From Octopus sinensis (taxonomy: Eukaryota), in assembly GCF_006345805.1 (NCBI RefSeq), contig NC_043000.1, forward strand, positions 146,258,001 through 146,322,000: DNA of 64,000 nt, read 5' to 3'. Below, in pieces: positions 13,418 through 25,353 of the stretch (position 1 is its first letter; each line of letters opens with the position of its first letter). The notes under the pieces are model-generated. The model saw nothing but the letters and a program-made list of their open reading frames with translations. It had not been told where the DNA came from and ran no database searches. The translations under genes and the position numbers were made by a program.

Positions 13418-14869
13418 TAAAATGATCAATGGGTTGCCCCACTCGAGGTTTCCTGTTTCCGGTTCTTTATAAAGTAACAGACTGAAATAATTCTTGCCTG
13501 AGAGACTACGATCATGTCACTGAAATTCAAATTGTTCCCGTTAAAGACGTTCCGACTCTTATCACTTTGCATTCTTTCAACATATAAAGGACAATGTTCC
13601 CTATTGTAGTTTTGTAATATGATGATATATTGTGATTTTTCTATGATATGGCTGCTATATCTCGCATGGTAGATGACTACACCTTCTTTCGGTAGCTCTA
13701 TCTCTTGTATTTTTTTTTATCACGAACTAGTCTACGAATACTAAAAGAAATAATGAGATTCATTTCGTTAAGTGTATTGTTTACTACATCAAAAATCATA
13801 GCTTTTAGGTATCTTGTCAAATTAATGCTTAATGATTCAGACACATGATTATTCTGAAATAGTGAGTATTTGAAAGTATAGCATGAGATATCATTCTTAA
13901 GTTTTTGCAGCACGTCATGTTTCTTTATATTTTTTGTTTATCTTTGTAAGAACGGATTTGTTACTTAGACTATTAGTAACCAATTAGAAAGATATATAAT
14001 AGTAAAATACTCTCAAAAGTTCGTGTAAATAGATGCACTGTTAAAAAGGTCAATATATTGTTTATATCATCATTCCTTAGAGTGTGTGTGTAACTGACAC
14101 GCTAAGACAAGCTAAAACAGCCAAATCTATCTATTTTGTTGGATTATAAGATGTGATATAGTTTAACTCATGAGTTACATTCTTTATTTTCATAGATTCC
14201 ACTATTTGCATTCAGAGAATGCTTTTTAACACGAGTACCCATTTCATTAGTGTAGCCAGCCATCATTTACTAGAATCATCGAGCCTGCTACGATGCATTT
14301 TGCTATTAGATATCTTCTCGGTCTCTCACTCTCGCCCAAGATGAACAACCAAGATGTGAAAATTGGAGGGAAAGATTGCTACATCGGCTTCCACTTGGTA
14401 ATAATAACTCCTGAGTAGAGTGACGTAATCTGAAATGAAATATCCTGCGCAGTGATAAAACATGTACCCTATCAGAAATTCAGACCTGTGGTCTTAGGTG
14501 CACGGGCCGAATATCTGAAACATTAGATTATGTGCCTTTACTCTAATGTCTAATTTTTAAATAATAATTACGGAGGTGGAACTCTAAGCAGTGATAAGCG
14601 AAAATGCAATGTTATTATCAGGCCGAGCATGCTTGATGCACGTTCGAAGTGGGGAACAAGCTACTCGCTGCGTTTCGTCACGGAGAATAAATCTAGGTTG
14701 TTGATATATAGTGTGTATACACCTAGTTCAGCTGGCAGCGCCATCTACCTAGCCTGTAGGATGTTAAAATTTCTGAGTAGTTGTCTCCTCATCGTTTACA
14801 GATACTAAGTAAACGGCACTGCGAGCTGAATTAAGAGGTTAGCTCTCTTATGCTTTTCCAGTCATCGTA

Positions 14870-15920
14870 CGATGACTACCAGCACTGTACGGTTTAATGT
14901 TCCCCCTCCATACTTTACTTACGGTGAGCCGCCGTATAGCGCTGACAGTCATCATACGGTCACTGGAAAAGCAAAAGCATAAGTTATTTCCCCACCACTC
15001 ACCATTACCCTCAGTGCGGTTTCGTCGGGCAAAATTGCATGCTTTGGCATGTCGTCAAGGTCTTTTGGGTTGGCCTGTATAATAAGTTGTAGACTCTGGC
15101 CCCACCAATTCTATAGATGCTTGGTGGCTTGGAGAATAGTGATTCTATCCTCAATGTTCAACAAAACGGCTGCCACCAGCCCCACCACATTCATTGCTGG
15201 TGGGATCTCCCCTATCATGATTCACGAGATTCGCTTTCCGAGTTAATTCGGCAGTAATTCCAGTTCTGCCGACTTTAGGAATGTTGTTCAGTGTTTTTTT
15301 TTTTTTTTTGCTTCTTCCTCAGAGGCGAATCGCACTGCTACAAAAATCTTTTACTAGACATTTATATTCTAAACTCAAGAAGAGTACCTCACATGCCATT
15401 ATGGAAGCGGGGGGGAGTTACCATCACCCCTCCTCAACGAATAAATATCACAAGTAAATTTATTCATAATAATATAGCTTCTTTGAAAGTCGTTTCAGAT
15501 TTTGTTTTTGCCTTCAAGGTTAGTGTTTTGAAAATAATTGTTTTCTTTTGGATGGATAGTATTAACGCCTCCTGGAGGCGTTAATTTGATGTTAGTGCAC
15601 TCTTTTGTCAATAGATTTTGCATTTTTCTATTTCGTTGAAGATGTCTGTTATTTTTTTCTGTGTTGACAGAAGCGAAGTTGATTTTGTCGTTGCCTTCTG
15701 TTTTGGTTGGTGGGTGTTCAGTGTTCATTACTTCTTGGTTTTGCTTCTCCCTCCTTTCATGGTTTGAGAGGGTGGGGAGCATGTTGTACAAATTTTTTGA
15801 AACGTTTTTTGGGCTTTCGTTTTGGTGGGCGTTTTCGTTGTTTGAGGCATTCATTGTTGTGATATGTAAAAATAATATTGCACGAAAAAAAATAAATAGA
15901 TTAATTCGCTCCTAACTAGG
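14870..15920 (-). mobile_element. Tx1/L1-like LINE ORF1, decayed
   Basis: VAVRFASEEEAKK, LGKRIS*IMIGEIPPAMNVVGLVAAVLL, NWWGQSLQLIIQANPKDLDDMPKHAILPDETALRVMVSG; collinear with the ORF1 copies at 27.0-27.6 kb and 30.9-31.1 kb. Confidence 0.75.
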
Positions 15921-16108
15921 GGGAATTTGCAAAAAGAAAACCTGCTCAAAAGCAGATAATGTTTCGAATTGACACAGAAAACAAGGTGCTAACAATCACG
16001 GGTAATAACAAAGTAAAAAGGTAAACCTACAATTAGCTCGCAGAAGAAAAAGTACGCCCGTTCAGTAAAAGGCACTTAAAGGGAATGATATTCTCCCCAG
16101 ACACAACA

Positions 16109-16149
<41 letters not shown>

Positions 16150-16152
<3 letters not shown>

Positions 16153-16883
16153 GAGTGTATTTTTACCTTGTTAACAATTAACACGGAAAAATAAATAAAT
16201 AGTTACCAGGGCAGCAAAAATTTCACAAGTAAAGGTGTTGTAACTCCTTGTTTATAAAGGTAGAAACTTCGTGTTTACGTTGAATATTTTGAATATGAAT
16301 AAAAAATGGAGTTAACGCAGGTGTAATCAAATATTTTTACTTTCGACACATGTTTCGAAAATTCCACTGATACTATTCAAAAGAATAAATGGTATAAACA
16401 ATGCAATCTTCTCCTCAGGAAAGTGAAAAAAACGAAACTCGTCAATAAGACATTTTAGCAAAAAATGATGGATTTGTATAGCGATAGACAGAACGCTATT
16501 AATATTGTTTAAAAAAACGTTATATGATATAACGTCATAAGTAGCTAACAGAAAGAGTAGGGATATTAATAGTGAATGTTAAATATAAAGGAAATTAAAG
16601 TTTAAATTATATATAATGATAGAGACTACTTATATGCACTAAATGTATGTTTTTGCCAATGCTTACATCTGTATGCTCGCTCTATAACCGTGTTTACTAG
16701 AGTATTTTTAGAAAAAATAATGAAAAATAGCTCAGAATTGCAGACAAGACAGAATTTCTTGCCTTTGTCATGTGGTATCGAAATTGAGAGAAGATTGCAT
16801 TGTTTACACCATTTATTCTTTTGAATAGTATCAGTGTCGAAAGTAAAAATATTTGATTACACCTGCGTTAACTCCATTTTTTA

Positions 16884-16890
<7 letters not shown>
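16150..16890 (-). mobile_element. Penelope-like element 3' end: GIY-YIG C-terminus, pLTR and inverted partial pLTR
   Basis: Minus strand 16780-16630 reads PHDKGKKFCLVCNSELFFIIFSKNTLVNTVIERAYRCKHWQKH; 16292-16412 is an inverted repeat of 16789-16890. Confidence 0.85.
16339..16424 (-). ncRNA. Type-I hammerhead ribozyme motif, intact core, GUC cleavage triplet
   Basis: actttc CTGAGGA gaagatt..aattttc GAAAC atgt GTC gaaagt: 6-bp stem I, 7-bp stem II, 2-bp stem III. Confidence 0.8.
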
Positions 16891-16918
<28 letters not shown>

Positions 16919-16940
16919 GTGTGTGTGTATATACATATAA

Positions 16941-17013
<73 letters not shown>

Positions 17014-17205
17014 CTAGTTGAATGAATTATCTTAGTATGGATAATTCGGTTAACCGATACCTGGGTAGCAAATTCACGTCAGAAAAACACGGTTGAAGCT
17101 ACATGCCAAGGGCAGAGATCACGTGCTTTCGTGTGGGAATTTGTGTGTTTTTTTTTAATACAAGTAAATGAAAGAATGGAGTTGAATGACGATTTAACAA
17201 AATTC

Positions 17206-17245
17206 CTTTATTCTCGACATATGTTTCGAAGGCTGCATATTCCTA
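17206..17245 (-). ncRNA. Half hammerhead (GAAAC-atat-GTC side only)
   Basis: gcagccttc GAAAC atat GTC gagaataaagg; the CUGANGA half is absent. Confidence 0.5.
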
Positions 17246-17269
17246 ATTTCGAAGGAATAAGGGGTGCAT

Positions 17270-17522
17270 ATATATACATACTTATGGGTGTGTGTGTCTT
17301 TGTGTCCGTGTTTGTCTCTCCACCACCGCTTGACAACTGATTTTGCTGTATTTACGTCCCCTTAACCTTGCAGGTTTAGCAAAAGACGCCAATAGAATAT
17401 GTACTTGGCTTAGAAAGAATATGTCCTAGAATCGATTTCTTTGCCTAAAACCATTTAAAGCAGTGCTCCCGCATGGCCGCTGGCTAATGATTGAAACAAG
17501 TAAAAGAATAAAAGAATGAAAG
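17270..17522 (+). mobile_element. SINE family B 3' half
   Basis: ccaccgcttgacaactg...gcatggccgc...gattgaaacaagtaaaagaataaaag. Confidence 0.8.
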
Positions 17523-17589
17523 AATATGCAATGATGTGGATTTGGTAGGCGGAAACTTAAAGAAACCCGACATATATATATATATATAT

Positions 17590-17890
17590 TAAATTAGAGA
17601 CAAAATTAGAGTTCATAGTTTAAAATTTGCAAAGAAGGTTTTGAAACCACCTGAAGAATGTCTCATAGAAGTGCTGACACGAAACGATCGTAGTGGTTAT
17701 TTTAATTACTTTAATTAATTTTAATTTATATAAATTATTTTATGTATTGGCTTAAGTCTTTTTTTGTTTGATTTGCATAATAGTGGTTTTGTCTCTAATT
17801 CAATATAATATAATATTTTACTATAAAATTGGATTCAATCCTAAATCTGATTTTCCCTGTAAATTTGGATTTATTCCCTAATATTTATTA
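17590..17890 (+). mobile_element. PLE-derived short element with partial inverted terminus
   Basis: aattagagacaaaa (about 17592) and ttttgtctctaatt (about 17787) are inverted; hammerhead motif inside; (TA)n flanks. Confidence 0.6.
17645..17698 (+). ncRNA. Type-I minimal hammerhead motif, GUA triplet, A10.1/C11.1 mismatch
   Basis: aaccac CTGAAGA atgtc..gacac GAAAC gatc GTA gtggtt; palindromic stem III acgatcgt. Confidence 0.72.
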
Positions 17891-17929
17891 TTATATATAT
17901 ATATATGTATGTATATATATATATATATA

Positions 17930-17977
<48 letters not shown>

Positions 17978-17983
<6 letters not shown>

Positions 17984-18455
17984 TACATTAAAAGGCCCCT
18001 AAAAGAAGTAGCAAGTACTAGATCACAAAAATTGGATAAATTCAATGAAATAAAATCAAAAACGTTTACAAACTCGGCTCATCTTATACTGCAGTTTCGT
18101 CTTTTTTTCATTTCGTTAGAAACATGTGCGGTTCTAGTGACTTGCATTCTCTAACTTTTAAGACCATTGCGCAGACGCAAAACATTCCCGACAAACAGAG
18201 AGGTTTGTGGTATAGGGTCTACGATCAAAATTTATCGAGAAATATGTAAACATAGTAATAGGATAACAAAGGCTGCTTACTGAAGAGTCTAGCCTTGGCA
18301 GATAAATTATATTTACTGCTAAAAAAAAGACGAAACTGCAGTATAAGATGAGCCGAGTTTGTAAACGCTTTTGATTTTATATCATTGAATTTATCCACTT
18401 TTTGTGATCTAGTACTTGCTTCTTCTTTTAGAGGCCTTTTAATGTACTTATATAT
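17978..18455 (+). mobile_element. Penelope-like element 3' end with ~130-bp inverted pLTR arms
   Basis: 17978-18107 is the reverse complement of 18325-18455; the spacer has weak GIY-YIG C-terminal traces (TERFVV, CKHSNR). Confidence 0.78.
18276..18347 (+). ncRNA. Type-I minimal hammerhead ribozyme motif, intact core, GUA triplet
   Basis: ctta CTGAAGA gtct..agac GAAAC tgca GTA taag; palindromic stem III actgcagt; predicted cut after 18343. Confidence 0.82.
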
Positions 18456-18537
18456 GAATAACATATAGCCTAACGGCTAACATGTCTTTTGTGCTAGATC
18501 ACCGGTAATAATAATTTATTTTATTACCCTTATACTA

Positions 18538-18580
<43 letters not shown>

Positions 18581-18589
18581 TGTGTGTGT

Positions 18590-18850
18590 GTGTGTGTGTA
18601 TGTATGTGTGTGTGCATGTGTATGTTTTTGTGTCTGTGTTCATTCTGCACCATCGCTTGAAACCAGGCGTTGGTGTGTTCATGTCCCCGTAAATTATCAG
18701 TTCGGCGAAAGGACCCAATAGAATAAATACCAGTCTTAAAAAAGAAAATATTGGGGTCGATTCATTCAATTAAAGTCCTTCATCGCGTAGCCCCATATTG
18801 GCTGCAGTCTAATGTCTGAAGTAAGAAAAAAGATAAAAGATAAGAGATAA
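18590..18850 (+). mobile_element. SINE family B 3' half, diverged
   Basis: catcgcttgaaaccaggcgttggtgtgttc...ggctgcagtctaatgtctgaagtaagaaaaagataaaag. Confidence 0.75.
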
Positions 18851-19062
18851 ATGGTTTTCTTTTAATCCAATATTTGTACGCTTTTATGTATGGCTTTATT
18901 TATTTCGAGTACAAACGTTAAAATAAATTGTTTCACGTTCTCTCAAATTTTCTAAATTCTTATGGCAAAAACAATACATGTGTGTATGTATGTGTGTGTG
19001 CGCGCGCGATTGCGTGTTTATGTATAGTATATCATTTATACATAGAAAAAGAAATGAATGTT

Positions 19063-19304
19063 CCTTCTCGAGCCATGCCAGGCTCATAAGCGCCGGTTTC
19101 CCAGTTTCAGTGGCGTAGAGTTTCCCCACCTGGACGGGACGCCAGTCCGTCGCAGGATTACTCATTTTTGCCAGCTGAGTAGACTGGAGAAACGTAAAAT
19201 GAAGGGTTTTGCTCAAAAACTCAACGTATTGCCCGTTCCAGGAATCGAAACCACAACCTTACGATCATGAGTTCAATACCCTAACCCCAAAGTCACGCGC
19301 CTCC
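19063..19304 (-). mobile_element. SINE family D (tRNA head, V-domain-like core)
   Basis: Head ggaggcgcgtgac..ggttaggg..gtttcgattcc; core ctgcgacggactggcgtcccgtccagg; homologous to 36270-36530. Confidence 0.85.
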
Positions 19305-22239
19305 ACATAGTATATCAAATACACAATGTTATATTATATTACCATATATTGTATAATATATTCAGATTCATGATATTTTATTCATACATTCGAAAGGCCT
19401 TACCAAATGTTTCTGACTCATTTGTTTACTATACAATAAGGAGAGCCACGTTTTCGTTATCGTCACCTAGTTTGCTCACACACATTCATATCGGTTATTG
19501 TCTGCATTAGGGCTTTTATTGCAAAAGAATTACCGTTCTTTACTTTACCTTTGACACTTGTTTTATATTTTGATTGTATTTCCTCTCCATCTTTATGTTT
19601 CCGTTGTTATTGCCATTATCATTAATAGTTTTAAAAAATTCATTAAGGCGCTGTCTTGGGTATATACAGATACAAATATGTCCTAGTGTTGCTGTTTACT
19701 AGAACGTGCCTCTGTCTCACCTTACATTTAATATGTTGATATTTTTTGAGAAGTGGCTGGGTATCAATACTTGTAAAAGGCACTGACAGACACATTCATT
19801 AATTGCAGTATTGTTCTTAGTTGAATAGCAAAGTCGTTGTAAATCGGCAGCTTTTCAGCTCGACTCTCCATAACATGATAGTCATTTTATATTGCTGTTT
19901 CCATTATTATTACACTATTGTCATGTTTGTCATGGAAAAATTAGTACACTATTGTCATTTTTGTTATGAAAAATATTATTTCAGTAGTCTTTAGAGTAGT
20001 GCGTGATTTCACTTCATATTTGAGCGCGGTCTGGGTATCTAGGGCATATGCAGTTTTGTTTTTATATTTTTACTTGTTCTGTGTTTCATTTGTATCAAAA
20101 GTATTCTACGTAATTTGTGTGTACAACTCATTTTTGGTTGAATAATAAAAAAGCATCGGATAGAATGACTCGTGATATTTAGTAATAGTTTTTTTTTATG
20201 TTCTGAGTTCAAATTCTCCATGGGTCAACATATATACCCTCCCCTTATATAGATATATCCTTGTGCAAATGTTTATAAATCAATAGCCATGCATTGCACA
20301 CTGCATTTGCATCAAGTAAATGTAGTTTTACTGTGTATTTGTGTTTATTGTTTAATCCTCAATGCACATACTGTTATGGAGATGGCTTATTTCCAGACTT
20401 CCTTGTCTGGCTTTCTCTATTTCAAGATTTTTATATTCGGACAAAAACCTTGTTGTTGTTTGAATTGATGTGTCGTTTAGGAAGATCTACTTTTCTTCTA
20501 GTTCAATCATAAAGTAATAAGATTATCATTATTATTAATATTATTTTCGTTTGGATCTGGTTCGGTCTTATTCGTAACCAATCGAAATAATCATACTAAT
20601 TGTATAAACGATTTCTAATGCAGGCATAAGGTCAAAATTATGTAGACAAGGCAATATTGTTTGAGTGGTATAATACGTGATCGCCATTTATTCCATAAGT
20701 CGGAGATAAAGAAAAAATGAAAGGAAAATGGTTCTTGTGTTGAATTTTAACTCGGAATGTCAATTCTACCTAATTTTCTTAACTGCTCCAAGCAGGTTAG
20801 GGTAACTATGAGACAGGATGTTAGCTTTTAATCGACTTACTTCTTTGTAACCTTATGATATCGCCTCCATATGTTATAAAGTCTAATAAAAGGGTTCCTA
20901 TTAATCAGAAATTACCAAGAGTTCTATTCCAATATTTGCAGTATTTGTTAACACGTATCTATGTTTGATTTTAAGATTCTCAGAATCACTTGGATCTCTG
21001 GAGAGTGGACAAAAGAACTTCTGGGACTAGAGTCGATAAATTTTGTTGACATACAAATTTTCAGTATTGTTCAAAACCAAAAATTTACGGTTCAAATATC
21101 TCAAATATTTACATTAAAAAATTCAATATCTACAATCAACGCGATTATTGTAAATATACCGGCATATTTATAAGTCTACGTGTGTGCCTAGCTTAAAAGA
21201 TTGATACACACATAGAAATATACATATATACGTACTTTTTAAAATGATTATATATAATTATTTGTACATATATGTATATACGCGTGCACACACACATTCA
21301 CACACATACACACGCACAAATACATACAAGTAATTATTATTTAAATATTTCCATATGTCGAGGTATGATAGTGTATTCATGACATATTGATATGTGTGTC
21401 TAAGTGTGCGATAATGTATGTACGCATGGCAAAATAGCTAATGCGTTTTGTAAACGTTTGTTTCACAAGTTACCATATTAGGTTCCTTTTATTAATAATA
21501 TTGTCATTATTTTGAAATATTTTTCCGATTTAAAATGTAAAGTGTTTGATTGGTCTCTTAAATTATTACGTCGTTTACTGACAAAAAATAAAATTCAACA
21601 TATTAAACGTTTGCCAAAGAGCGAAAGGGATTTGATGGATAGTTAAGCAAATGCAAACCCATTAGAAAGACCTGTATTTTTAACAAATTAAACCTCGCAA
21701 CGGTGCCAATCCCAAAGCTCTCATTTGATGTCTGCTTACAATTGCTGGTTTGTTTGCTCTCTGTATTTTTTCTTTTAGTAATCTGTTGGTATTGAACTAT
21801 ATTAAAGTGCATTTTAATTGGAGATTATGTTTGCAGTATCGGAGTCGAATTTAATAACTGGACAAAATAGTCAACAGAAACGATTTCATTTTCTTCCATT
21901 TACTACACAGAAATCTAACTAAAATTTTTAAAATATTTCTTTATTGTCGGACATTGCAAATATTTATAACTGGCAAATTGATTATATTTTTACGTCAAAT
22001 CGGATTTGATTTTGTGTTTAACTATGAAATTGCTCGAAAGAAAATTAAAAGAGTATAGATGGTTTAGCAGCAACTCTGCATAAATAGTGTCAACTATAAT
22101 TGATGGCTAAAATTTAGGTATTTTCGGTTGGTTGACAGGGTCTGCATTTTTTTGAAAACGACGTAAGTGTCTTTATTTACATTTTTAATGCTTCCTTATT
22201 ACACGATGAAACTACTTCACCATGATTCTCTTTAGTTAC

Positions 22240-22445
22240 ATCTCAAGATCTTTTCGGTTTGAACGGCAGTTTTTAAAAATAATTTCCACGTAACTAAACA
22301 CTTTTAAACTTCGTATACTGGTAGAATGTGTTTATAAAACATCTTTTTCTCTTGGCTTTGTTGAGAAAATTCTATAGTTTCTAAGGTATTTGGTCTTTAA
22401 TTTCTTCAATGTCTGCAATTTCAACCAATCACTCCAATTCGCTAC
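22240..22445. repeat. Probable interspersed repeat, possibly non-autonomous DNA-transposon-like
   Basis: gtttgaacggcagtttttaaaaataatttcc...gagaaaattctatagttt recalled as a common cephalopod repeat; no second copy in the window. Confidence 0.35.
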
Positions 22446-22542
22446 ATGTTTATTATGTAGTGTAATTTAAATTAGATAGAAAACACAAAACGAAACAGTA
22501 ATATTAACTAAAGTGCTGAGATTTTCACCTAATATTCAGCCA

Positions 22543-23060
22543 TCGAGCCCAGTACGAAATTGGTGCTTATTTAATCGACCCCGAAAGGATGAAAGGCAAA
22601 GTCGGCCTCGGCGGAATTTGAACTCAGAACCTTCGGACGAAATACCTATTTCTTTACTACCCACAAGGGGCTAAACACAGAAGAGACAAACAAGGACAGA
22701 CAAACGGATTAAGTCGATTATATCGACCCCAGTGCGTATCTGGTACTTATCTAATCGACCCCGAAAGGATGAAAGGCAAAGTCAACTTCGGCGGAATATG
22801 AACTCACAACGTAACGGCAGACGAAATATCTATTTCTTTACTACCCACAAGGGGTTAAACACAGAGAGGACAAACAAGGACAGACAAAATGATTAAGTCG
22901 ACTATATCGACCCCAGTACGTAACTGGTACTTAATTTATCGACCCCGAAAGAATGAAAGGCAAAGTCGACATTGGCGGAATTTGAACTGAGAACGTAGCG
23001 GCAGACGAAATACTGCTAAGCATTTCGCCCGGCGTGCTAACTTTTCTGCCAGCTCACCGC
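22543..23060 (-). mobile_element. SINE family A tandem multimer (one head, about three body units)
   Basis: gaccccgaaaggatgaaaggcaaagtc recurs at about 22578, 22758 and 22941; head at 23020-23060. Confidence 0.92.
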
Positions 23061-24120
23061 TGTCTATATAACGTATATTGTCTCTTTATAAATTTAATAA
23101 ATAACAAATTCAAGGTAAAATCTTTACTGCGTTGGAAAAAATGTTTCGCAGCAAATAAGTACCTGTTGAATACTGAATTTGATCTAATCAACTTATCTCC
23201 TTCTTCGAAATGTCTGACCTTGAGCCAAAATTTGCAACGAATATATTATAACAAATATGTACAAGAATTTTTATAAGTAAATGACATTTAATTATGTCCA
23301 TGCGATTAATGAATATCAAAACGTTCATTGATAAAACGTCTAAATAAAATTATCAATTATAAAATAAGTTTTGAATGCATTTGGAGAGGATAGACCAAAA
23401 TAATTTGTTTCCACTAAGACTACATAGTATTTCTGATTAAAGATGATGAGAAAAAGCGAAGAGAGAATAAAGGAACAAATTTATTTTTTCTTTTAATAAC
23501 CTTCTCTTCCACATATTTTATATCTGAGTGTGCGCGCGTGTATGTGTGCGTGTGTGCATGTGTATGTATGCACGTATGTATCTATATAGGTAGGTATATG
23601 CCTAGATGTGCGTATTTTTGGGAAGTGTATGTCTGTTCGTGCGCGTATTATGCTCAACTGTTAGAATGCTATTGTTATTGGCGACAGATTGTTTCGTGTG
23701 ATTATGCAATAATTACAATATATATATTCATTTGGTGATTTTTGCAACTAAAAAAGAAATAGTCTTTATTTATTCCATAAAGACGCATTGTTTCTTTCTA
23801 GAATGGCGCAATGAGTGTCTTAAGTAATTATTACAATGTCACACGAAAAACTCTGTCACCAATAGCAATTATATTTCAAGACTCGACTCTATTAGTGAAT
23901 TAACCTACACAAGTTTTGAAAGCTTCCATTTCTTAAACATGCCACTGTCGGACATGTTATATACATATATGTTTATGTATGTGTGTACAATTGTATCACT
24001 ATATTTATCAATGTGTGTGCATGTATGAACATATATGCAATTAAGATTATACATATGTGTGTGTGTACATATAGTTATACATACATGTATGCATGAATAC
24101 ATATGTATAATACATAAATA

Positions 24121-24282
24121 GGCGCAGGAGTGGCTGTGTGGCAAGTAGCTTGTTTACCAACCACATGGTTCCGGGTTCAGTCCCACTGCGTGGCACCTTG
24201 GGTGTCTTCTACTATAACCTCGGGCCGACCAAAGCCTTGTGAGTGGATTTGGTAGACGGAAACTGAAAAGAAGCCCGTCGTA

Positions 24283-24324
<42 letters not shown>

Positions 24325-24537
24325 TGTGTGTGTTTGTGTGTCTGTGTTTGTCCCCCTAGCATTGCTTGACAACCGATGATGGTGTGTTTATGTCCGCGTT
24401 ACCTAGCGGTTCGGCAAAAGAGACCGATAGAATAAGTACTGGGCTTACAAAAGAATAAGTCCCGGGGTCGAGTTGCTTGATTAAAGGCGGTGCTCTAGCA
24501 TGGCCGCAGTCAAATGACTGAAACAAGTAAAAGAGTA

Positions 24538-24541
<4 letters not shown>
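24121..24541 (+). mobile_element. SINE family B, full length
   Basis: ggcgcaggagtggctgtgtggcaagtagc..., internal (TA)n(TG)n, tail tgaaacaagtaaaagagtaaaa. Confidence 0.93.
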
Positions 24542-24569
<28 letters not shown>

Positions 24570-25221
24570 TAACAGTATATTTATATGAGTGTATGTATAA
24601 TGTTTAATTTAAAGCGCTTCTACGTTTAGTGTTGTATCACTCCATCAGTAAAATTTCTTTTGTTCCTCTTAAAATTTCCTGACATCACTCTTTCGACTCG
24701 TGCACTCGACCGAGAACTCTCTCAAGTGAAATCGCCGCTTCGATGCGCGTGGATAACACACGGACACACACACTCGTGGTCTTCGTCGTAACTCAGACTT
24801 ACTCCCCGGCAATCGACCGGCCGCATAAGTATTCCAGGGGATGACAAGTTCAAAAGAAGGTATGTCCGGCGCCATAGATTAAAGAACTCAAACATATGTC
24901 TGAGAGTGAATAAAATATTTTAACCATAATTACGAACAGTTATGGATTATATATTTTATACATGTACACACAACGCGAACAGACGGACTCGCATACACTC
25001 ATAAGCACCGAGGCAAACACACACGTATACTCACAGAAACATTCAGGTACTCATACACATATCACCTAGCCTCTTAACTCGACGTTCCCCTTTAAATTCT
25101 TCAATTGCTATACCATTCTGCTACTAACTTGTTACATTGATCCTCTCACACTAACCACTGACTCACGCACAGATATACACGCCAACCTATACTAGCATCC
25201 TACGCAGTACTGTCTAATATA

Positions 25222-25353
25222 TATTTCTTTACTGCCCACAAGGGGCTAAACATAGAGGGGACAAACAAGGACAGACAAAGGGATTAAGTCGATTACAGCG
25301 ACTCCAGTGCGAAACTGGTACTTTATCTATCGACCCCGAAAGGATGAAAGGCA
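25222..25353 (-). mobile_element. SINE family A 3' portion
   Basis: atttctttactgcccacaaggggctaaacatagagggg...gaccccgaaaggatgaaaggc. Confidence 0.88.

Noticed and set aside
22543-23060. Regularly spaced repeats superficially like a CRISPR array
   Set aside because: Units are whole ~185-bp SINE bodies with no unique spacers; eukaryotic context, no cas genes
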